Shown here one piece after another: positions 51,934-63,800 of a stretch of 64,000 nucleotides of DNA; the first letter of the stretch is position 1; each line of letters begins with the position of its first letter. The position numbers and the translations under genes were made by a program. The stretch is taken from the NCBI RefSeq assembly GCF_963921235.1, contig NC_086097.1, positions 155,746,001 to 155,810,000 of the forward strand, in the 5' to 3' direction. The notes beneath the pieces are model-generated. The model did not search any database and was not told where the DNA came from. It was given only the letters and a program-made list of their open reading frames with translations. The stretch comes from Mobula hypostoma (Eukaryota).

Positions 51934-52373
51934 AAAGGGTAAAGGCGGGTTACTGGCACCTGAAAACCATTCGCTTCAGGCAGATGGGCTCATCAGGCAT
52001 GGATGGCAGCTCATCTATGAGAAGGAAAACTCTGGTCTCAAACCTCTGCTGTCTTCCGGCTATACCCACTCATGGGGAAGGTTTCAGGAGTAAACTATGA
52101 GGGAAAGATCTGCAGCTGGAGTCCATAAGGCAGTCCAATATTGAGTTCAGTGCTGGACTAGCACCTCCTGCCTTGCCGCTGGGGCCAAACTGTATGGGTC
52201 TCTACCATTCATTTCGATTCATCAGCTGTGTGGAGAGGGGGAGCCTGCAGCATTGGCAACAGCTTGGTCTCCATATCATACCGCCCTGGCTTGTGGGCTG
52301 GCTGGCGAATCACTCAGACAGCTAGGACACAATATCCGTTGCCGACCCTGACTAACAGAGATCCTCACAATAT
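51778..52373 (+). mobile_element. RTE-type short element
   Basis: TSD CATACATATTT / CATACATGTTT (51767-51777, 52374-52384); RTE-like UTR motifs GGCAGATGGGCTC. Confidence 0.78.
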
Positions 52374-53378
52374 CATACATGTTTGAATATATAATTTATC
52401 TCAGGCCAGAGAGACTTAAATAAATGAGTTGTATATATTGAACTGATGATCAAATGAATTTCAACTAAATATAGCTTTCTTCTTTGAAAATTACTTCTGT
52501 AAATGTCTCTATATAATAAATCTGAGCCTTCAGGAGAATTGTTAGGTATCACTTATTCCTTTTCTTCTAGATGTCCCTCAGTTTTCATTTCTGGTTATTA
52601 GAGCGTACATTTGAATTAAGAGTCGCCGTTACAGCAATTTCAATTGCAACCACATAGAAAAATTGAGATCATGCTGTGGATCTGCTGTTTCTGGGTTATT
52701 GTTAACTGAGCCTACCAGCCTGTTCATTATTCCTCTCAATTCTTTTTTGATATACAGTATTTCCAATTCCTCCAGTCCTTCAGTAGCCATCCTTTTTAAT
52801 TGATTACTGACACCTTGTGAAGATATCCATGATTATTAGCAAATACTGAGTGAAGCAGCTGTCAGCCAAGTTTGACTCATTACCATCTGCTTACATTAGT
52901 GAAAGGAGACTCAGCCATCTGCACCAATAAAGCTGTTACCTACCCTGCTCCTGTTTCCTCTCCTTACTCCAGCTCAGTAATGTCCAAGGTCTTGTGGTAC
53001 AAAGAAAATCCTTCCGGTTTCTTACTTTTTAAAAATTCTGTGGTTTCTTTGAGTATATTGGCTTTAATCAGCTTCATTTAATGCCATAAATCATTCTATT
53101 AACTTCTCTGACAGTATACTCTATTTCAGTGTGAAGTCGTCTAATTTTATAGATCATAGAGCATTAAACATAGAACAGTACAGCTCAGTACATGCCCTTC
53201 ACCCCACTATTTTCTTAGGAAATATCTTACTTTGGATTCAAAATAGCTGACATCAATTTTGTTCCTTGCTGGATATCTTCTTCAGATAATAATAAGCCAA
53301 CACTAATCATTTCCCGCAACACACATCAAAGTTGCTGGTGAATGCAGCAGGCCAAGCAGCATCTGTAGGAAGAGGTGC

Positions 53379-53414
53379 AGTCGACGTTTCAGGCCGAGAC
53401 CCTTCGTCAGGACT
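53379..53414 (-). ncRNA. Minimal type I hammerhead ribozyme motif
   Basis: AGUC-CUGACGA-AGG(GUCUCGG)CCU-GAAA-CG-UC^GACU. Confidence 0.8.
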
Positions 53415-53431
53415 AACTGAAGGAAGCAGTT

Positions 53432-53467
53432 AGTCCTGACGAAGGGTCTCGGCCTGAAACGTCAACT
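53432..53467 (+). ncRNA. Minimal hammerhead motif with a stem I mismatch
   Basis: AGUC-CUGACGA-..-GAAACGUC^AACU. Confidence 0.7.
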
Positions 53468-56016
53468 GCACCTCTTCCTACAGATGCTGCTTGGCCTGCT
53501 GCGTTCACCAGCAACTTTGATGTGTGTTGCTTGAATTTCCAGCATCTGCAGAATTCCTGTTGTTTACTAATTATTTCCCTTCTAGTTCCTAGTTGTATTT
53601 TCATTTAGCAAGAATTTAGAAAAGTTATTGGTCCTAAAAGTTAGTGTAATTCAGAGCCAAAATAGTGGTAGTCCATCAAATTATATAAACCCATAAGCAA
53701 ATTTTACGCACAATTTGAGTATATTAACCATTCAGTTACAGCAATTACTTGGTCTGAATAGTGCAATTTTACATCATGGAATGCATTGACCTATTGAGCC
53801 ATCCTGAGAATCAAATAACATTTCATTTGTAGTTCTTTTCTAAGGTAAAGTTTTACAAAATTGAGGGACAAATAACCAATGTGTGATAAACCTGTTAATG
53901 TTAAAGGGCAGGATATCGAATGGTAAACTTCATGCTACTGTCAGAAAGGGTGATGTATTCCCAACGGTATGTAAAAAGATAAAGCCAATTAAGGAAGATC
54001 AAGATGCCAAACTGAATGAAAGGGAAAGCAGAATGTTGATAAGTCCGAAGTTAGTACTGGAGAAACAAATTAAGCAAGTGAAGGACAGTGCAGAACCTTT
54101 TTGCGATATATCATAAACAATGTAAAAAAATAGTGAATCTTATATAAAAAAAATTACAACCTGAGCTTGGTCAGGTATTTGGAGGACTAGAGAGCAATCA
54201 TCACTTTGTACTCTCACCTGATAGTTTCTGCCTTTATGACTTCCATTATCAGGAGACATTTCATGCTTTACATCAAAAGCAACATCTTTAAGAAGTTCTT
54301 TATCAAAGCCTGCTCCTGGCTCCTGGCACCTGCTCCCTGCTCAGTACTGCATACTCTGAGCACTTCTTCTGTTTCTCATATTGAGTTTAGCACTGCAGGT
54401 GTTTCATACTCCTCGATGGATCCTATTCTTCATCAAATTCATCCTCCAGGCATTATAAAGGATTTTCCACAGCTGTTGATTTAGGATAATGATTTGTCTT
54501 TAGGATGAAAAATATGTGCAACCATGATATGCTCACAATCTAAATATGTATATTTTACTCTATTGACAAAGTGGACTGAATAGTGAAAACATAGAAAAAG
54601 TATTTTAACCATGAAATACTTTTACTTAGAGATTTTAAAAAGAGAGAAAAAAAACATCATACACTCTGAACAGATCAAAGTTTGGTGACATGAAAGAATC
54701 CAGGGATTTAAAAGTTTGTATTTACAGGATATTAAAATAGATAGATTAAAAGCTATGGCCACAAAAATGAAATAATTGTTTGTATTTTAAGAAATGGAAA
54801 ACAGAAAAATGAAGATGTCATGGTGAACCTATTTAAAATGTTAGAATGTTTCAACATGGGTTTTGTTCAATAGGAAAGGCATTAAACAGTAGAAAGGAGA
54901 CTATTTAAATAGGATGCTGTCTAACTTGAGGAAATGGACATGAAAATACTTAAAACATTTGAATATTTCAATAAATTTCAAAGATAGTTAAAGGAAAAGG
55001 ATAAAATTTACTGGTGATTTTTGAAAATAGTTGACAGGGAACTGATCAACTGAGGAAAGAAGAATTATGTTAAGAAACTGGTGAAAATCAAAGTCAACAT
55101 CAAGATATTTGTCATCTGCACAAATATATGCAAGCACAATTGAAATTAAAAACTTACTTGCAGAAGCATCACATTAAGATACAAAATGATATTGTATCTG
55201 TTAAATAGGGGCTGTGGACAATTCTGATTTGATGAAGACAGACGTGAAAAGCAAAGGAACATCTGGAGAAATTTCTGAAATGCCTGGTTCACTGCTGTTG
55301 TTACTGTGCGATCGAGAATCTCCGGAGGGTAGGCCCCAAAATACCTGGCTTTGCCTGCTGCTGGTGACCGAGGCTGAGGTCGAAGTGTTCGGATAGAGAT
55401 GGTGCTCGGTACTCGGTGTCGGAGCGCTGATCAGAGCTCGAAGTTTTTGGACGGGTCAGAGTCGGACTGTGGTTGGGCATGGCAGGGAGAGTTTTCTTCC
55501 TTCTCCCGTCTGTGTGAGATGTGGGGACTTTCGAGAAACTTTGAACTATTTTACTGTGCCATGGACTGTTCTTCATCAAGTTATGGTATTGTTGCACTGT
55601 TGTAACTATATGTTACAATTAACACACATTAAAGTTGCTGGTGAACACAACAGGCCAGGCAGCATCTCTAGGAGGAGGTACAGTCGACGTTTCAGGCCGT
55701 GACCCTTCGTCAAGACTAACTGAAGGAAGAGTTAGTAAGAGATTTGAAAGTGAGAGGGGGAGGGGGAGATCCAAAATGATAGGAGAAGACAGGAGGGGGA
55801 GGGATGGAGCCAGGAGCTGGACAGGTGATTGGCAAAAGGGATATGAGAGGATCATGGGACAGGAGGTCCGGGGAGAAAGACAAAGTGGGGGGGGGGGTGG
55901 ACCAGAGGATGGGCAAGGGGTATAGTCAGAGGGACAGAGGGAGAAAAAGGAGAGTGAGAGAAAGAATGTGTGTATAAAAATAAATAACGGATGGGGTACG
56001 AGGGGGAGGCGGGGAA

Positions 56017-56740
56017 TTAGCGGAAGTTAGAGAAGTCAATGTTCATGCCATCAGGTTGGAGGCTACCCAGACAGTATATAAGGTGTTGTTCCTCCAACCT
56101 GAGTGTGGCTTCATCTTTACAGTCGAAGAGGCCGTGGATAGACATATCAGAATGGGACTGGGATGTGGAATTAAAATGTGTGGCCACTGGAAGATCCTGC
56201 TTTCTCTGGCGGACAGAGCGTAGGTGTTCAGCAAAGCGGTCTCCCAGTCTGCGATGGGTCTCGCCAATATATAGAAGGCCACGTCGGGAGCACCGGACTC
56301 AGTATATCACCCCAGCCGACTCACAAGTGAAGTGTCGCCTCACCTGGAAGGACTGTTTGGGGCCCTGAATGGTGGTAAGGGATGAAGTGTAAGGGCATGT
56401 GTAGCACTTGTTCCGCTTACAAGGATAAGTGCCAGAAGGGAGATCAGTGGGGAGGGATGGGGGGGGGGCGAATGGACAAAAGGGTCGCGTAGGGAGCGAT
56501 CCCTGCGGAAAGCAGAGAGGGGGGAGGGGAGGAGGGAAAGATGTGCTTAGTGGTGGGATCCCATTGGAGGTGGTGGAAGTTACGGAGAATAATATGTTGG
56601 ACCCGGAGGCTGTTGGGGTGGTAGGTGAGGACCAGGGAAACCCTATTCCTAGTGGGGTGGCGGGAGGATGGAGTGAGAGCAGATGTACGTGAAATGGGGG
56701 AGATGCGTTTGAGAGCAAAGTTGATAGTGGAGGAAGGGAA
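56017..56740 (-). pseudogene. Penelope ORF C-terminus with GIY-YIG endonuclease (premature stop, frameshifts)
   Basis: GTYPCKRNKCYTC..HFTCESAGVIY*VRCSR.GLLYIGETHRRLGDRFAEHLRSV..PVATHFN..LQPDGMNIDFSNFR*. Confidence 0.9.
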
Positions 56741-57085
56741 GAGCAGAGTTGATAGTGGAGGAACATCGACTTCTCTAACTTCCGCTAATGCCCCACCTCC
56801 CCCTCGTACCCCATCCGTTATTTATTTTTATACACACATTCTTTCTCTCACTCTCCTTTTTCTCCCTCTGTCCCTCTGACTATACTCCTTGCCCATCCTC
56901 TGGTTCCCCCCCCCCACCTTGTCTTTCTCCCCGGACCTCCTGTCCCATGATCCTCTCATATCCCCTTTTGCCTATCACCTGTCCAGCTCTTGGCTCCATC
57001 CCTCCCCCTCCTGTCTTCTCCTATCATTTTGGATCTCCCCCTCCCCCTCCCACTTTCAAATCTCTTACTCACTCTTCCTTCAGTT

Positions 57086-57121
57086 AGTCCTGACGAAGGG
57101 TCTCGGCCTGAAACGTTGACT
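57086..57121 (+). ncRNA. Minimal hammerhead ribozyme motif
   Basis: AGUC-CUGACGA-AGG..CCU-GAAA-CG-UU^GACU. Confidence 0.78.
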
Positions 57122-58062
57122 GTACCTCTTCCTACAGGTGCTGCCTGGCCTGCTGCATTCACCAGCAACTTTGATGTGTGTTGCTTGAATTTCCAGCATC
57201 TGCAGAATTCCTGTTGTTTATGTTATAATTATGTGGTTTTGTTAGTTTTTCAGTCTTGGTCTGTCCTGTGTTCTTGTGATATCACACCGGAGGAATATTG
57301 TATCATTTCTTAATGCATGCATTACTAAATGACAATAAAAGAGGACTGTGTGTCCTCATAATCTAATCTAATCTAAATATATAAAAGAAAAACATGTTAA
57401 GCATAAAATTACACACAAGTTTTAAAAAAACGAACACAATAGGAGCAAAAAATAAATGAAGTCTGTGGTAGTGCAAAGTGGTCAAATTAACCATAATGTT
57501 TGGATACAGTGGCAGTGATTAGAGTTGTAAAAGTTGGTTGAAGAGACATTTAGTTGAAGGAAAGTAATTGTTTTTGATGGGAGAAGATGTCATTATTCTA
57601 GATGTATGACTGAAAATAAGGAACTGGGGTTAAAGATATCAGTAAGTAATGAGGATTGAATAATGAATGAGAGCCTGGCCAATAATGCCTATTACTAAAT
57701 AAATGAAAATAAACTTAGGAACAGGACTATTCCCCACATGAAAAATAAACGCTGGTTCATACATTCCTATTTTCTTTTGGACAAAAGCCATTTAAAAGTT
57801 ATTCATCCATCTAACGCTGTTGAGCCAAAGGAATCTGTCCCTGAAATAACAAATTTGTAGCAAGGGAAGAGGATTATTTTGATTTGTTTGATTATGATAG
57901 CCTCAACCTAATTCTGCAGAATTTATGAAACACTGTTTATACATTAACCAACAATGGCACCTATGACTAGTCCATAAACAACTTAAAGCCTGCTTTGTTT
58001 TCATTGCAAAAATAATTCACACGACTTCAGTTATTCAGAAAGGAGGTATCTATTTTAGTGGT

Positions 58063-58196
58063 GAACAACAGGAATTCTGCAGATGCTGGAAATTCAAGCA
58101 ACACACATCAAAGTTGCTGGTGAACGCAGCAGGCCAGGCAGCATCTATAGGAAGAGGCGCAGTCAACGTTTCAGGCCGAGACCCTTCGTCAGGACT
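58063..58196 (-). mobile_element. Penelope terminal fragment with intact hammerhead motif (58161-58196)
   Basis: Matches 53432-53565 on the opposite strand; followed by TTTA/TTTATTTAC repeats at 58196-58243. Confidence 0.88.
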
Positions 58197-58244
58197 TTAT
58201 TTATTTATTTACTTTATTTACTTTATTTACTTTATTTATTTAAA

Positions 58245-58770
58245 TATTTATAAGGCGTTGGTAAGCCTGCACTTGGAGTATTGTGAGCAGATTTGGGTCC
58301 CTTCTCTAAGAAAAGATGTGCTGGCATTGGAGACAGTCCAGAGAAGGTTCACGCAATTGATTCCAGGATTGAAGGGGTTAACACATGAGGGGTATTTGAT
58401 GGCTCTGGGCCTGTACTCTCTTGAGTTTAGAAAAATGAGGGGGAATGTTATTGAAACCCATTGAATATTAGAAGGTCTGGATGGAGTGGATGAGGGGAGC
58501 ATCTTTCCTGTTGTGGGTGAGTCTCGGTCTAGGGGGCATAGGCTGGAATAGAGGAACGTCCACTTAGAATGAAAATGAAGAGGGAATTCTTTAGCCAAAT
58601 GGTAGTGAATCTGTGGAATTTATTGCCACAGATGACTGTGGAGGCCAAGTTATCGAGTATGGAAGAAGCATGAGAATGGAGTTGAGGGGGATAATAAATT
58701 GGCCATGATGGAGCACATTCAATAGGTCAAATAGCCTAACTGTGTTCCTACATCTTACGGTCTTATATTT
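58245..58770 (+). mobile_element. CR1 3' fragment
   Basis: YKALVSLHLEYCEQIWVPSLRKDVLALETVQRRFTQLIPG; tail TCTTACGGTCTTA. Confidence 0.88.
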
Positions 58771-59114
58771 ATATTGTGAAATGATATGTGTGGATAGCAT
58801 GTAAAACAATAGTTTTCACTGTATCTCAGTACATTTAACGACAACAATAAACCAATTAATCTTGAGTATGTAACCTAGACATTAATTTTTTTAAAAATAC
58901 CACAAAACTAGGAAAAGGAGATCACTGTTCAGGGTCTTGAATTGTTTCACTAAATAAAATACCTTCAGAACAATCAAAATAGGAATGCGTGCAAACTACA
59001 AGTGTGAGGGCATATTAGTAACTGCAATTACTAATTCAAGCTACTTTGAGAAGATCTCCCAAATTTGGAACCTCTTCTGTCCAAGAACAGGTTATGAATT
59101 TAAGAGGCATGATT

Positions 59115-59489
59115 AGATTGCCAGGATAATCAAGGACACAACCCACCCAACCAACACACTTTTCATCCCTCTTCCCTCCGGGAGAAGATTAGGAGCTTGA
59201 AGACTCCTACGGCCAGATTTGGGAACAGCTTCTTTCCAACTGTGATAAGACTGCTGAACGGATCCTGACCCGGATCTGGGCCGTACCCTCCAAATATCCG
59301 GACCTGCCTCTCGGTTTTTTTGCACTACCTTACTTTCCCTTTTCTATTTTCTATTTATGATATATCATTTAAATTTTCAATATTTGCTATCAATTTGTAC
59401 TCCAGGGAGCACAAAGAGCAGAATCAAATATCACTGGGATGATTGTACGCTCTGGTATCAATTGTTTGGCGACAATAAAGTATAAAGTA
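59115..59489 (+). mobile_element. Rex1-like LINE 3' end
   Basis: IIKDTTHPTNTLFIPLPSGR..RFGNSFFPTVIRLLN; tail CAATAAAGTATAAAGTA. Confidence 0.8.
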
Positions 59490-60260
59490 GTGGGTCTGCA
59501 GATAACACAAAACACTTAGTTAGGGTTGTTAGTAGTGAGGAGGTTAATCTTATGCTCCAGGACAAATAGAGGGAACTTGTTATACATTTCCCGGGATCTC
59601 TGAAAGTGGAAAAAGAGGCAAATAAATTGGTGAAGAAGATATCTGGGTTATTTGTCTTCAACAGCTGGATATCAAGGTGTAAGGAGGTTATGCTACAACT
59701 TAATACAACATTTGTTTGGCCACAGCTGGAGTATTGTGTATAGTTCTGCTGATGCTTCCAGAAGAACATGATTGTTCTGAAGACGTCAAAGAAGAGATTC
59801 ACTATGATGTTGCCTTGGTGGACCATTTCATTGCATCTTGTGAAGAGAGACTGGATAGGCTGGTATTCCTTTTCTTAAACTGGACAAGGCTGGGAGGGAC
59901 TTCAATGAGGCATAGAAAATTATGAGAGGCAAAGAGTAGGCTTATGAGAGGCCAAGGTAAAGAGTAGGAAACATTTTCCAATAGTAGAGGAACACAGATT
60001 AAATCTGAGTGAAAACTGGAATCTGAGGAAGATTTTATTTTCAGTGAGAGGACAGTTGAGATCTAGAAAACTTTGTTTGAATAGATAGTGGAGGCAGGTA
60101 CAGAGGTGCCACTTAAGATGTATCTTGTTGAACACTTTAATCACTAAAGTATAGAAGGCTATTGACCAAATGCTGATAAAGAGGATTATTATAGAAAGAC
60201 ATTTAATGGTTGGCATTGACATAGTGGACTGAATGGCCTGTTTCTGCACAGAATGAACAG
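59490..60260 (+). mobile_element. Degenerate CR1 3' region
   Basis: ADNTK, WPQLEYCV motifs; CR1-like 3' UTR GGACTGAATGGCCTGTTTCTG. Confidence 0.7.
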
Positions 60261-60741
60261 ATTCTTCAAGAAGCTCACTTCTAATGGACAATTAGTGATG
60301 GGCAGTAGCTGATGACTTTGTCTATGATATTTGCACCCAGCAAAAAAATCTAAACTTATTTGTACAGAAAGAGTTTTGAATGCTATCATAAACTATTATA
60401 TTCCCTCTCTTTTGGTTTTATGCTGACTTTGACTTCCCTTATCAGCTACAGTTACCACATCCTCCTTTTAGAATTCTTCTTTGGGATGTCTCTACCCTGT
60501 GCCTTCTGAATTGTTCCAGAAAATCCAACCATCATCCCTGATAGTATCCTCTTCCAATCAACTTAGGCCAGCTCCTCGCTTATGCCTCTGTTGTTCCTTT
60601 TTACTCCACTGATACTGTTACATCTGACTTTAGCTTCTCCCTCCCAAACTGCAGGGTGAATTCTATCAAAGGGTTCCTTTACCATTAGTTCCCTATTCTC
60701 ACTAAGCTTAGTGGAACACGGAATGAAATCACCACTAAAAT

Positions 60742-60838
60742 ACACATCAAAGTTGCTGGTGAACGCAGCAGGCCAGGCAGCATCTATAGGAAGAGGCGCA
60801 GTCGACGTTTCAGGCCGAGACCCTTCGTCAGGACTAAC
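60742..60838 (-). mobile_element. Penelope terminal fragment with intact hammerhead motif (60800-60835), amid CR1 relics
   Basis: Reverse complement of AGTCCTGACGAAGGGTCTCGGCCTGAAACGTCGACT. Confidence 0.85.
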
Positions 60839-61426
60839 TCAACCTTTAAGTTAACCTTTAGGGAATCCTGCCAAAGACTCAAAAGTACTTATGCGTCTCT
60901 GATTTTCGAATATTTTCTCCATTTAGAAAATAGTCTATGCCTTTATTCCTTTTACCTAACTGCATGACCATATACTTCCCTACACTATAATAGAAAGGAA
61001 AAAAAACAGAAAGAGAATGCAGAGCGTAGTGTTACAGTTACAGTGATAGCGCAGTGCAGGTAGACAATATGATGCAAGGCCATGAGGAGGAAGATTGTGA
61101 GATCATCTTTATTATACAAAAGAGGTTTGCTCAATTGCTATCCTATTCTAATCTTATAACAGCAGGACAGAGAATGTCTTGAGACTGGTAGTGTGTTTAC
61201 CAGCTCTTGCATCTTTTGTCTGAGGGGAGAAGAGAAAACATCCAGGGTGTGAGGGGTATATCAGCTGCTTTCCTGAAGTTTCAAGAAGTATAAACAGTCC
61301 ATGGAGGAGTGGGGCTTTGTTTTTTGATATAGACACCAAGCTGTTTCCACAAATAAGCTACTGGTAATGTTTACATCTTAGAAACAAAATCTCTTAATGA
61401 TCTCTATGCATCACCTTTGACACTTA

Positions 61427-62653
61427 GGCTACATCCACACTAGACCGGATAAATCCGTAACCGAAGCTTTTTCTCTTCGCTTTGACCCTCCGTCCACACT
61501 GAAACGGCGTTTTCCTCCCCCAAAAACGGAGCTTTTCTAAAACGCTCTCCAGAGTGTTTAAATCTGAAAATGCTGGTTGGACGTTGTAATGTATACGGGG
61601 TAACTGGCTAATTTTAAAAACACTGTCATGACGTGCCGGAGCAAATAGTGGCGGCAGCGCGGTATTTCATTGTTTTCTTGAACGCAATCTCCAACACCAC
61701 AACAACAATATCTGACAGTAGATGTGTAACAGCCTAATGTAATATTGTATGGAAATACAAGATAACACTGATGCAGACATGTTTTATACATTTAACAAGG
61801 TGCTCTCAGGAAATGGGCCTCAATCTCCTCATTTAATTTCCAATCATTCCCAGGTTCCACTAACTACACACATCTGGTTTCCATCAGAAAATACAGGATA
61901 AAGACCCAGTGATCACAACAAGGAGCTGCCAGTTTGTTGGTTGACTCTGGTGTGAGTAACCTTGTTTCATGGTTCTTAGGACTGTTAGTTCTAAGTCTAG
62001 CATCGCTCCTGGAATTTCTCCAAACCCAAGACTTCGGGTAAAGACTCTCCTGGAAACAGATTCCACACTCACTATGGCGATAACGCCTCCCAACTCTGCC
62101 TCGGCGCCTGTGTTCTGCACTTGAGTCTGTCCACTGTCATGCTTGTGTAACATTATTAATGTATTGCTTGTGCAAACATTCAATAGATGCAATTGTCACT
62201 TTTGCCCAGTAACTTGTTTTATTGCACATGTTAAATATAGCAAAATAATACACAAAGACATGGCAAAAGTAAAGGCAAACAAATGAGGTAACAGCAAATT
62301 TCACTTTTGCCCAGTAACAAGCCTTATTGCATTTAGTTGTAGCTGTCGCCCCTTTCACCGGTGAAGAGACTGTGGCTGTAGGAGATGTTTCTGACGAACA
62401 CGCATCAAGTCTTTTGTTTGGCAATTTCCTTTTAAGTTTTTCTAATCTGCAACTGGACAAACGTGCACCAAGTATATCGTTTCCTCTTCACTTGTTTTCT
62501 GTGTGTCCTGTGCATGCCCAGTAGGAGGAGATTCGCCCAAATATTCGTACTAATGTGGACGGAGGTATTTTGAAAAACGCCTGGTGTAGACGCCTATCAT
62601 TTTTACGCAAAACCGGCATTTTCAGAATTATCCGGTCTAGTGAGGACATAGCC
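61427..62653. mobile_element. Non-autonomous Harbinger/PIF DNA transposon
   Basis: TIRs GGCTACATCCACACTAGACCGGATAA / TTATCCGGTCTAGTGAGGACATAGCC; flanks TTA and TTG. Confidence 0.85.
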
Positions 62654-63464
62654 TTGGAGGGATGTATGCTCCACCCTGTTTCCTGAAATCAATTAAGAGC
62701 TGCCAAATTCAATACCAGTCTCAAAGAGCACTCTTCACACAATTCCATGTATATTGACCAAAGCAGGACTCATATCCAACTTTCACATGCTCTTCTCCAG
62801 CTTGCTCACAAGACATTGCATTCACAGATCCTTTCCTTCCTCTATATACAACAGAGTGGACCATAATCAGAGGCCACAGGAGATAAATGGAAGATCTTAC
62901 AACCAGAAGCACCAACAGATACCTAGAGTGGAAAACTGATGTTTATTGCTTTTCAATTTTTGAGCATGGGTTGCGGTTATTGTTACTAACATGATTGTTG
63001 CTGAAACCATGGACAGTAGCTGTCTCATACCATCCCAATATGAATAGTTTAAAACTCAATCCATTTTCTTTCTCCTAAATGACATACTCTAGACTTGCTC
63101 CTCTGACATATCCCTCTCCATTCCATTGACCTCAACTTTATCTTCATGAAAAATAAATTACTGCAGAAATCTGTAATAAAACAATAAATTGCTGGAAATG
63201 TTCAGCATGTCTGGCATCATCTACAGAGAGAGAGAACTGAGGTTCAGGCCAGAGGTCCTTCATTAAAGCTTGCCTGGTGTCTTTATTGGATTTACAATTC
63301 AGAAACTTACTGTCAGGCACACTGAAACCAATATTGATGGAGGAGTTTGTTATGGTACTAATGAAGGAGGTTTTATCTTTATCATGAACGGTCTATGGTG
63401 CTGCATTCAAGTCACAGTCTCCCTTGGAAGCATGGGTCCATTCTCACTCCTGATAGTTAAGATG

Positions 63465-63800
63465 TACAAAGGGAAATGAAAACAGGTTTTTTCCGCTGAG
63501 GCTCGGTGAGACTCGAACTTGAGTTCATAGGTTAAGAATGAAAGATGAAATATTTAAGAGGCACCTGAGGGGCAACTCCTTCACTCAGAGGGTGATGTGA
63601 ATGTGGGACAAGCTGCTCGAAGAAGTGGTAGATATGGGTTCTGTTTCAACACTTAAAGTACGTTTGGATAAGTACATGGAAAGGAGAGGAATGGGGGAGC
63701 TATTCTAGGTGCAGATCAATGGGACTAGGCAGAATAACAGTTGGCCATGCACTAGATGAGCTGAAGGGTCTGTTTCTATGCTGTAGTGTTGTATGACATC
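63465..63800 (+). mobile_element. CR1 3' fragment
   Basis: FTQRVM.MWDKL-like motif and tail GAAGGGTCTGTTTCTATGCTGTAG. Confidence 0.75.

Larger units (their letters stand above)
53316..53565. mobile_element. Palindromic mini-Penelope (104-bp arms, 7-nt spacer, 35-bp tail)
   Basis: 53316-53419 is the reverse complement of 53427-53530 with about 2 mismatches; TSD ACTAATYATTTCCC at 53302-53315 and 53566-53579. Confidence 0.92.
55622..57218. mobile_element. Penelope-like element with inverted structure
   Basis: Minus arm 55622-56740, plus arm 56761-57218; about 420-bp inverted repeat; TSD TATGTTAYAATTA at 55609-55621 and 57219-57231. Confidence 0.93.
55181..57376 (+). mobile_element. (AATCT)n-tail retroelement interrupted by Penelope
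   Basis: Colinear with 45000-45590 once 55622-57218 and one TSD copy are removed. Confidence 0.85.

Noticed and set aside
53316..60838. Recurrent near-identical repeats as a CRISPR-like array
   Set aside because: They are dispersed Penelope termini with no regular spacers, in a eukaryotic context
1004..63479. Most short ORFs in the six-frame track
   Set aside because: They are antisense or off-frame readings of TE relics or random ORFs, many with non-ATG starts
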